Below are positions 54,575 to 64,000 of a stretch of 64,000 nt of DNA, one piece after another. Each line of letters begins with the position of its first letter. Position 1 is the stretch's first letter. The position numbers and the translations under genes are program-made. The notes under the pieces were generated by a model that ran no database searches, was not told the origin of the DNA, and saw nothing but the letters and a program-made list of their open reading frames with translations. The DNA comes from Eledone cirrhosa (lineage: Eukaryota): positions 1-64,000 of the forward strand of contig CAXHJY010000052.1 in NCBI GenBank assembly GCA_964016885.1. Direction: 5' to 3'.

Positions 54575-54975
54575 ATAGTCCTCAGGGGGGCAGGGGTGGG
54601 ATATTTAACAAGACAGAGGGTGTGACATGGCTGGGGGTTTGAATTACAGATACAACTCACTATTGCCAGCTCAGTGGACTGAGACAATGTTAAATATAGT
54701 GTCTTCCTCAGATACAACCCAATTTTACCAGCTCAGTAGACTGGAGCAATGTGAAATATAGTGTCTTCCTCAGATACAACTCACTGTTGCCAGTAGACTG
54801 AGTCAATGTGAAATATAATATCTTGCTCAGAAACAACCCAGTTTAGCCAGCTCAGAGGACTGAGGCAAAGTGAAATATGTTTTGCTTAAGGACACAGTAG
54901 ACTGTTGGGAATGAAACTCACAACCTTGCAATTGTGAGCAGAACACCCTAACCACTAAGCTCCACACCTTCACAC
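54575..54975 (-). mobile_element. Degenerate SINE with an internal ~60-bp segment repeated 4 times
   Basis: cagatacaac..gccagctcagtggactg..caatgtgaaatatagtgtctt repeated; tgtgaca.ggctgg..tttgaattacag is shared with the 126-bp minisatellite unit. Confidence 0.65.
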
Positions 54976-55479
54976 ATCTGCAACTATGTTTCTATACCTT
55001 TCTCATACACAATACACATTATATAGAACAGTGGAACGTGTAAAATTATGCAAGCTTTGGTAGATATTTTGGGTATATTATACATAGAGAGAGAGTTAAA
55101 TAGAGAGATATAGAGAGAGTGAGAAAGAGTCAGATCAGACAAACTAAAAGGAAATATTTACACGCACACAGGCTGAGAAAATAGATTGAAAATGAAATAT
55201 TGAAATAAGGAAAATGATAAATAAATGTTGCTAGAGAATTATGAATGTTTTAGAGAGCATATAATTTTTGAAGACACTGAGAGATTCAGAGATACAGAAA
55301 GATATTGATAAAATGAAATCAAAGAAATTCACTGTTGGAATGTTAATGTCCCTTGATATAAAGCGGATGTGTTAAATCCAATCTATACTGGCGTGTTAAG
55401 ACAAAAGTTCGGAATATTTATAAATTGCGATGTTTATATAGAACAGTAAACAGTAGCAAATCAGTCAAAAATAATGGGT

Positions 55480-55690
55480 TCCTGCATAGGCACAAGGCCA
55501 GCAATTTGGGGGGAGGGGAAAGTCAATTAAATCGAACCCAGTGCGTGACTGGTACTTTATTTTACCGACCCCGTAAGGATGAAAGGCAAAGTTTACCTCG
55601 GCAGGATTTGAACTCAGATCATAAAGGGCCATAACTCTATGCTGCAAAGCATGGTGTCCGACGCTCTACCGATTCTGCCAAACCACCATC
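55480..55690 (-). mobile_element. SINE family A, long form, with target-site duplication
   Basis: tcaaaaataatg on both flanks. Confidence 0.85.
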
Positions 55691-55776
55691 AAAAATAATG
55701 AGTGAGAGGAGGTGATAGCAACAACTAACTTAATATTTATTCAAGAAAAGTTATATGTATATATATATGTGTGTAT

Positions 55777-56117
55777 GCACATGGCTTAGTGGTTAGAGCA
55801 TTGGCCTTGCAATCGAAAGGTTGTGAGTTCAATTCTCAGACCGGGTGATGTGTTGTTTCCTTGAGCAAGACACTTTTATTTCACATTGCTCCAGTTTACT
55901 CAGCTGTAGAAATGAGATGATAGGGACTGGGGTCCCTATCATTCCACTGCAAAGTGGTCATGGAGGTGCCATGGCAAAAAACCACCCAGCACTCACTGTA
56001 AATGAGGTTGGTGTTAGGAAGGGCATCCAGCTGTAGAAATCAAGCCACAATCAGTTCCCGTCCCACTCTTGCAAGCAGGGAAAAGTGGACGTAAAATGAT
56101 GATGATGATGATGATGA
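55777..56117 (+). mobile_element. SINE family B, full length
   Basis: A box, B box, core and (GAT)n tail. Confidence 0.88.
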
Positions 56118-56119
56118 AT

Positions 56120-56460
56120 AGTAATAAATGAAAGATATATACTTTATATCATCTCTATTTATTTCATTATATATTTTGAAGATGTAAAGATTTATGTATA
56201 ACGTAAAGCAAAACATGTCCTCCTCGGACAAAATACATATAAAATCTATAATTTTTTCCTGATATACTGGTAGACAAACGAAATGGACAGATCAATGACA
56301 ACCAAGCACATGCTTATCAGGAAAAAATTATACAATTTTATATGTATTTTGTCTGAGGAGGACTTGTTTTGCTTTATGTTATACATAAAACTTTACATCT
56401 TCGAAATATATAATGAAATAAATAGAGATGAAATAAAGTATATATCTTTCGTATAATACT
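56120..56460. mobile_element. ~140-bp-arm fold-back of an HHR-bearing terminal repeat
   Basis: 56128-56264 is inverted relative to 56315-56452, with a ~50-nt spacer. Confidence 0.75.
56345..56420 (+). ncRNA. Minimal hammerhead motif
   Basis: tattttgt-CTGAGGA-gga..ttc-GAAA-tata-TA-atgaaata; the mirror arm has mutated cores (CCGAGGA, AAAA). Confidence 0.55.
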
Positions 56461-56557
56461 ATTATTATTATAATAATACACTGTATAATTTTAAACCATT
56501 CATGCTTGGCATCTGTTATATATAAGAACAAGTTGATCACAAATCAACTAACACTAA

Positions 56558-56712
56558 AAGAGGGAGACTGAGCTTGACTTTTGATGCCCTAAGGACAGAC
56601 ACAGGTCTCTTGGAGATGCAAGACATGGCAGCAATGATGAGAGACAGAGACTGCTGGAGAGAACTCGACTTTGGATCTCGGAAATTTTACCTGCCCTAGA
56701 TAGATAGATAGA
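56558..56712 (+). pseudogene. LINE (RTE-like) 3' end
   Basis: DALRTDTGLLEMQDMAAMMRDRDCWRE followed by a (TAGA)n tail. Confidence 0.5.
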
Positions 56713-56864
56713 TATGTATGTGTGTATATGGATATATATATGTGTGTGTGTGTGTGTGTATGTGTGCGTGCGTGTGTGTATGTATGCATGTGTGTATGGA
56801 TATATATATATATGTGTGTGTGTATACATATATCTGCGTGTGTGTATGGATATTTATAAATCAT

Positions 56865-57050
56865 CATTCATCATTTCATTTTACGTCCGCTTTTTCCCTG
56901 CTTGCAAGGGTGGGACAGGAACTGATTCTGGCTTGATTTCTACAGTTGGATGCCCTTCCTAACACCAACCTCATTTACAGTGAGTGCTGGGTGCTTTTTT
57001 GCCGTGGCACCTCCACGACCACTTTGCAGTGGAATGATAGGGACTCCAGC
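56865..57050 (-). mobile_element. SINE family B, 3' half
   Basis: Matches 5205-5390. Confidence 0.85.
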
Positions 57051-57097
57051 AAATAAATCTTTCTGACATCATAAGGTGTAGGAGGCTCACATTAACC

Positions 57098-57290
57098 AGA
57101 CATGTGAAACATCACAATGAAGCTGCTGGCAGAGTTCTTTTCTGGAAACCTGATGTATGCAGACGAGTTGGGAGACCAGCCACCAAGCTGAAGGATGTCC
57201 TTGAAGATGACACCAGGCTGGAGGCAAGGAGAAATTCAGACTCAGATGGCATTGTTGGATAGGGTGAACTGGAGGAGGTTCTTTTGTCAT
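57098..57290 (+). pseudogene. LINE (RTE-like) C-terminal fragment
   Basis: RHVKHHNEAAGRVLFWKPDVCRRVGRPATKLKDVLEDDT...LDRVNWRR. Confidence 0.6.
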
Positions 57291-57534
57291 GGCACCAGTA
57301 ACAGATTTACAGAAGAAGACTGAACTGTTGTTTCATTTATTAACCTTGAAATGATGAAAGGCAAAGTTAACCTGCACAGGATTTGAACTCAGAGAACAGA
57401 GCCAGTATTAATAACTCAAAACATTCTATCCAGCATTATATGAAGGTCAGCTGAAAAGATCATAGGTTGACTATGAAGGATTGATGCTAGAGCTATGAAA
57501 TCGTGCATGCATTACTTTCAACTCTTCTTATTAA

Positions 57535-57756
57535 CCCTTTAGCATTTATATTACTCTATATTTACTATTGTTTTTTCATGATAAACACCTTATTTCACAA
57601 AATGATCTCACATAATATTGAATCTATGAGATTTTGAGAATATTCATTTTGGAGAACAATATGTTAACATAAGTATGAACAGTCAGTTATGGCCAGTTTG
57701 AACAGAAAGAGGTAAAAGAATTCTGGTTGGATATGGCCAGTTTAAATGCTAAAGAG
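57535..57756. mobile_element. 222-bp piggyBac-like MITE
   Basis: TTAA|CCCTTTAGCATTTA...TAAATGCTAAAGAG|TTAA. Confidence 0.8.
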
Positions 57757-58052
57757 TTAATAACTGCATTGTTTCTTTCCAGGGACTATGTAAAATAAAC
57801 CTCATTTGGTCATTTCATGAGAGTAGCTTGGTCAGCCTATAAACTTTTCGGCTGACCCTTGTAAGGACTCTGCTGTGTGAAATCCTTGTCAGTTATTCTA
57901 CGTACCTTGTTCCTAACTCCAAAGTTCTGAACTAAATGAACAAATCTTATTGCAACAATGCAATTTCTGCTTTGTGATCTGTCTTCATTACGAAACTAAA
58001 TATACAAGATGATATTTTAATGGATGGTGAAGTATAAGAAGAGGAATGCCTG

Positions 58053-58600
58053 AGATGATGATGATGATGGTGATGATGATGATGTTGCTGGTGGTGGTAG
58101 TGGTGGTGGTGTTGGTGGTGGTGTAGATGATAATGGTGATGCTAATGAGGGTTGTGGTGATGGTAGCGGTGATGATGATGATGATGGTGATATGCTGATA
58201 GCTGGAACAAATACCACATGAACCATTCTCTCTGACATTCTAACGACTCTACCACTCTACCAATTCACTACTACCACCACTACTACCACCACCACCACTA
58301 CCACTACCACCACAACTACCATCATCACCACCACCACTACCACCACAACTACCATCACCACCACCACCACCACAACTACCATCACCACTACTACCACAAC
58401 CACCACTACCACCACCACTACCACAACAACTACCACCACCTCTACCACCACCTCTACCACTACTACCACTACCACTACCACCACCACTACTACCACTACC
58501 ACCACCACCACTACCACCACCACCACTACCACTACCACCACCACTACCACCACCACTACTACCACTACCACCACCACCACCACCACCACTACTACCACTC
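58053..58600. repeat. (GAT/GGT)n and (ACC/ACT)n trinucleotide tracts
   Basis: Direct inspection. Confidence 0.85.
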
Positions 58601-58939
58601 AACTAACAGTGTTATACTGAGGGACATTTTCCAGCTTTAGAATTTATATAAGGTTTATTGACTAAATATTTCTAGAATGTTCCAGTAAATGCTTTAAGTA
58701 ATGTATTATCGTCTTTCGAAATATATTTTGGCTCTTTTTCTTTTCTTTTTGTTTGTTTTCTTTTATTTTTCTCTGATTTTCTCATAATTTAGTCAGCAGT
58801 AAAATGTTCAAAGTCTAATGCAAGAAATATGTCCACCTCGGAAAAATGAGTTAAACGTGTCATAATTTTTATTATTATTATTGTTTTTTTCTTCATTTAC
58901 ATTTGGCTTCTCACAGAAAATTATCTTCCTATCTTCATT

Positions 58940-58970
<31 letters not shown>

Positions 58971-59479
58971 CATTATAGTGGTCGTTGTTGTTGTTGTTGT
59001 TGTTGTTGTTGTAATTATAGTGGTTGTTGTTGTTGTTGTTGTTGTGGCTTTGCTTTTACTTCAAACGAGAGCAACAAATCGCAACAGTCTAAGAAATGTG
59101 AAATAATGAGACAATGCTTGTACATTCCCTTTCAAAAACTCTCTTCTAATGATATTTTATGGAACAAATATGACCGATGTATTTATTTATATACCGCAGT
59201 TGAATATTCTACAGTATTCTAAATGGTAAAATGTTTGGGAGGTGAAGTATATGTGGGTGGGTGGAGACAGAGAAATGGGGGGGGGGGGGGATAGATACTG
59301 TTGTGAGTATAGACAGACTGCAAATAATGGAGGAGAAAACAGAACACATCTATTTAGAAAATATATAAATTATATATATATTGAATTGAAGAAAGTTGGT
59401 TGATTGAAAATCTGCCGACTTTTTCTTGATAGATGTGAAGCACTCCAAAGTTTTTATTCATCAGGAGTTTTATTATAAT

Positions 59480-59686
59480 GATTTCTTATATAGACACAAG
59501 GCCAAACATTTTCAGGGGAGGGAAAAGTCGTTTAAACCGACCCCACAGTGTGTGACTGGTACTTTATTTTATCAACCCCGTAAGGATGAAAGGCAAAGTT
59601 AACCTCGGCGGGATTTGAACTCGGATCATAAAGTGCAAAGCATGGCATCCGACCCTCTATCAATAGTGCTAATCCTCCTCCCTCCT
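59480..59686 (-). mobile_element. SINE family A with a 16-bp target-site duplication
   Basis: ggagttttattataat at 59464-59479 and 59687-59702. Confidence 0.85.
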
Positions 59687-59836
59687 GGAGTTTTATTATA
59701 ATAATAAACAAGAAAGGCGGTTTTATTCATAAGTCCCTATTTATTTTATTGTTATACGTATTTCAAAGACGTAAGGTAGTTGTATAACAACTACCCTATA
59801 TGTTCTCTTCGGACATATGCTTACTGTTTGCATGTA

Positions 59837-59906
<70 letters not shown>

Positions 59907-60066
59907 TACATGCATACATATATGTGTGTATATATATATATATATATACACACATACATGCATACATATATGTGTGTATATATATATATATATACACACA
60001 CATACATGCATACATATATGTGTGTATATATATATATATATATACACACACACATACATGCATACA

Positions 60067-60108
<42 letters not shown>

Positions 60109-60206
60109 TACATGCATACATATATGTGTGTATATATATATAATTAATCACTGCCATGACTGAATTATAACCGTCAACATAGTCAAGGTATGTCAGGCAT
60201 CAACTA

Positions 60207-60270
60207 ATTTTATCTGATGAGGACGTACTGTTGAAATAGCTCAGTACCTCTGAAATATGTATAATAAAAT
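60207..60270 (+). ncRNA. Minimal hammerhead motif
   Basis: attttat-CTGATGA-ggac-gtactg(ttgaaatagct)cagtac-ctct-GAAA-tatgta-TA-ataaaat. Confidence 0.7.
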
Positions 60271-60327
60271 ATATTTGATCACATGAATGTCTGTATTTAT
60301 TAATATTTTGAAGTAATATATATATAT

Positions 60328-60720
60328 GTGGCAGGTCGCTCTTCAGTACGACTGGTAACATGTAACCCAGTACAACCTGTCTCATAGTTGGGTCGTCGGC
60401 ATCTAAACCGGCAAGCCCACCAAGCTTGCTTGGTGAGGAGGAGAATATTTGGACACCCTGTGGGATGAAACACAAGTCCCGGCAAAGGTGGGAGGAACTC
60501 AACAGAGTCAACGGCCATCGAAATAGTAGGGGTTTTTTTTCGTTTTTTTTTTTTATCGTATTTTTCACCTGGGCGGGAAAAGGCCCCCAGTTGTTGTCAC
60601 AACTCCTTTCTAAGAGAAGAAACCTCAGAAAATAAACCTGCGGCTTCGGAAGCATCTGATGATATTGACCGGTGATCCTTTTCGGGTAGTGTTTTCGATG
60701 TTCAGAGATTGGGATTAATC
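60328..60720 (+). mobile_element. GC-rich structured segment, probably a non-LTR (RTE-like) retrotransposon 5' UTR
   Basis: CpG-rich island in an AT-rich background; hairpins ggcaggt/acctgtc and caccaagc/gcttggtg; gagaagaaacctcagaaaataaacc resembles RTE 5' UTR motifs (from memory). Confidence 0.4.
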
Positions 60721-60987
60721 GAGTGCAAGGTCTTTCCCCACTTTAAAAAATGTTCAAAGCACAGGCATTGCTTGTTCATGATATGTTACAGGTTCGTGTG
60801 GCTGGCCATAGCCTAAAAATGCACCAAACTCTATAATCTGACAAGCAATTGTAGTACTGTTAGCAGAGTTTACAGCCATCACATATTTATATATAATCAT
60901 AATCATAGGTTCTGTATGTTCTTCTGTTTAGACACACTTATATGTTAGTTCACAAATGCATGTTTGTGAATTTTTGTGCAGATATAC

Positions 60988-61054
<67 letters not shown>

Positions 61055-61136
61055 CATATATATATATATATCGTAAAGATGTATATGCATATATATATTA
61101 AATATCCAAATGACAAACAAAAATATGAATTAATGC

Positions 61137-61177
<41 letters not shown>

Positions 61178-61207
61178 CTACACACATATATATATATCTA
61201 CACACAC

Positions 61208-61249
<42 letters not shown>

Positions 61250-61904
61250 GTAATAAACATGTACAATTCTTTATGACGACCAACAATTGCTTGAGGAACT
61301 TAATAATAACAAAAGAACATTTCAAAGGATATTTGAAAAAATTCAATTTTAATTCATCCTTTTCTTTATTAACTCTTAAAAACCTTAACATTCAACAGTG
61401 AATTTTATAATTAATTTCTAAAATAACTTGAAGGGTTTTTACAATTAATAAAATTTCTACATCCTCCTACCCATAATTCCATTCTTTAAATGATTATTAG
61501 TGAAAAATAAAAATTAAATTAAAATTTTAATAAATTGTGTTTGCATTCATGCGTTTTTAGCAAAGAAACTCATAGGATTTCCCCAAATTGGAATTCTTTA
61601 AACCATCATTCTCTTTCATAAAAGAGATATAAATATGGTAATAAATTTATTCAGTTTATTCTATTGTGTTTCTTTTACAGGTTGCAGTCACAGTCATTTG
61701 GCTGTGGCCATGATGTAGCACCACCTAGAACAGATTTAGTTGATCATATCAATTCCTTTCCTTTTGTTTATTTTTGTGGGATTTTTTTCAAAATGGTACT
61801 TATTTCATTGTTTTATTTTTTGGGGTGGGGCGATTTTTTGTCAAATACAACCAGTCTGTTTTAGACAAAGAGAGTGAGAAAGAGACATAGAGAAAGAATT
61901 GACT

Positions 61905-62170
61905 CTAAAGTCTGTCTTGAACCCGGAAGTTCATCAGGCTGGTGCTTATCCTGGTTTCCATGAAGAGTCTTGTACTCTCAGTCACATGAAGTGACTGAGA
62001 GCAAAAGACCCCCCACCCCCACCCCTACCATCTACGTGGATAGGATGCCAGTCCATTGCAGGGTTAAACCCTCAGCTATTTCTGGTACTCATTTTCAGCT
62101 GAGTATACTGGCGCAATGTGAAATAAAGTGTTTTGCTCAAGAACACAACACACAACCCAGTCACAGAATC
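61905..62170 (-). mobile_element. SINE family C
   Basis: Homologous to 3915-4190. Confidence 0.8.
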
Positions 62171-62677
62171 AAAACGAATTTTCTGTTGTTACCATTTAAC
62201 CACATCAATAAAGTATAAGGGAACCAAATTGGAATAGATGGGGGGTTTGGTTATTGTCTGCTATTATATGTCTGTCACCAACGTGATGCTTTAATCTTTG
62301 TCGGTGCACACTCCAGTACATCAGAGCAAGTTGCATGCCTCACTGCAGTGCATGACAAACACTTGGTTAATTTGCACTGGTAATTTCTTAGTGCCAAATC
62401 TCCCATTGCAGCCCTTCACTTATTGTAAACCCAGAAGGGCTAAAAGTGGTCAGTGTGACTGACAGAACCTAATATAAATTTAGCTGATGTTGTTGTTCTT
62501 GTTGTTGTTTTAATTGTTGTTAATTTGTTAATTAGTTTTAGATGGTCCTTTTTAGAGTTATAGATTTATATCTCTTTGGGAGATTGAGATCAGTTGTGTT
62601 CATGCCATTACATGGGATAAGGTTGGTGGGTTGGCAGTATTGGTATTGGATATAGATGCACACTTACACACACACAC

Positions 62678-63797
62678 ATACTAAAAGTTTGTGATTGCTT
62701 GCTTGCTTGTCTGTAATGTAATACTTTGAAAGGAAGTTGACCCTGAAAGTTGACCCTGAAATGGGAATACAAATGGAATAAAACGAGTTTCGCGTAAATC
62801 GAAGCGCGCATTCCCGAGATATGGGGTTTTTCCAGGTACCTTCATAAATAGCCAAAGCGGTACATAATGGAAAAATACTCCGAAAGTAACATAATCCTGC
62901 AAACCTTCATAAATAGCCCAAATGGTGCATAATGGGAAAATACTCCGAAAGTAAAATAACCCTAAAATGGGAATACAAATGTAATAAAACAAGTTTGGTG
63001 TAAATTAGACATAGACAATATTTTCATTATTCAAAAGAATAAGATTAAGTGAATAAGATTTTAAAAATACATTAAAAAAATTTTTTTCAGTGATTTATCA
63101 GTGAATATGATTTCAAAAATACAAGTTGTTTGTACTTTAAGTATCTATATTTCAGTTTCTTTAAACAGACGATTAAACAGACGATATTTTAATTATTAAA
63201 AAAAAACATTTTAAATTTGTTTTTACAGTAAATATTTTTAAGTTGTTTTTACAGTAAATGTTTATATTTTTGTTGTTTATACAGTAAATGTTTATATTTT
63301 TGCTTTTGTTAAACAGAATATTTTAATTATTTAGAAATATTTTTAAGTGAATGTGATTTCGAAAATACAAGTTGTTCGTACAGTAACTATTTATATTTTA
63401 GCTTTCTTTACACAGACAATGTTTTTTTTTTTTGTTTTTTTTCAAGTAAATACGATTAAAACAATGTTTAGTCATATTTTAAAATATTCTTAAGTGAGAA
63501 TGACCTTCCAATTTCATTTTACATTATATACATGTCTGTGTATATTTTAGTTATTTAGAAATTATTTTATTTTTAAGTAAACATGGCCCAATGGATCATG
63601 GGTGGACTAGTATACTACTAAAACTCTGTGATTGCTTGCTTGCCTGTAATGTAATACAGCCAAAAGGGCGCATAATAGGAAAATACTTTGAAGGGAAGTT
63701 GACCCTGAAATGGTGATACAAATGGAATAAAACATGTTTTGCATAAATTGGACCACGGGTTGCTGAGATACAGGGTTTTCCAGGTACCTTCATAAAC
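62678..63797. mobile_element. Two direct copies (62678-63000, 63611-63797) of an unclassified non-autonomous element, possibly Helitron-like
   Basis: Shared tactaaaa..tgtgattgcttgcttg..ggaagttgaccctgaaatgg..ttccaggtaccttcataaa; internal (GCTT)n and sub-repeats. Confidence 0.5.
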
Positions 63798-63931
63798 AGA
63801 GAGAGAGAAAGAGAGAGAGTGAAAGATAGGGAGAAAGAAATAGTGGTTGAGAGAGTAGATTTAAATAGAGACATGGAGAGAAGTCAGAGAAGGAAAATGG
63901 AAGAGAGAGAGTGAGAGAGAGATACTGGTGT

Positions 63932-63978
<47 letters not shown>

Positions 63979-64000
63979 ATATATATGTGTATGTGTGTCT

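Noticed and set aside
59412-59466. Minus-strand CTGATGA...GAAA..GTC hammerhead-like string
   Set aside because: Stems I-III cannot be paired convincingly.
61660-61810. Strong + strand acceptor (tttcttttacag|)
   Set aside because: The downstream sequence (cagtcatttggctgtggccatg..gcaccacc) looks like a degenerate reverse SINE, not an exon.

Overview
Repeat-dominated, AT-rich eukaryotic genomic DNA, probably intronic or intergenic. The mix of (TA)n/(CA)n microsatellites, tRNA-derived SINEs and RTE-type LINE debris suggests an animal, most likely an octopus or other cephalopod (inference). I cannot identify any protein-coding gene with confidence, and nearly all ORFs in the track are translated microsatellites. 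Main contents: (i) an 18-kb satellite of 485 x 37 bp built from a SINE head/tail junction; (ii) further tandem arrays with 48, 90, ~110 and 126-bp units, most traceable to SINE or LINE pieces; (iii) many SINE copies, RTE fragments, and piggyBac-like and Tc1/mariner-like MITEs; (iv) about a dozen type I/minimal hammerhead-ribozyme (HHR) motifs (CTGANGA...GAAA...UH). Several of these lie in short fold-back units beside (TA)n tracts and resemble Penelope-like-element ends or retrozyme-like non-autonomous elements. The HHR fold-backs and the SINE-born satellite are the most interesting structures.
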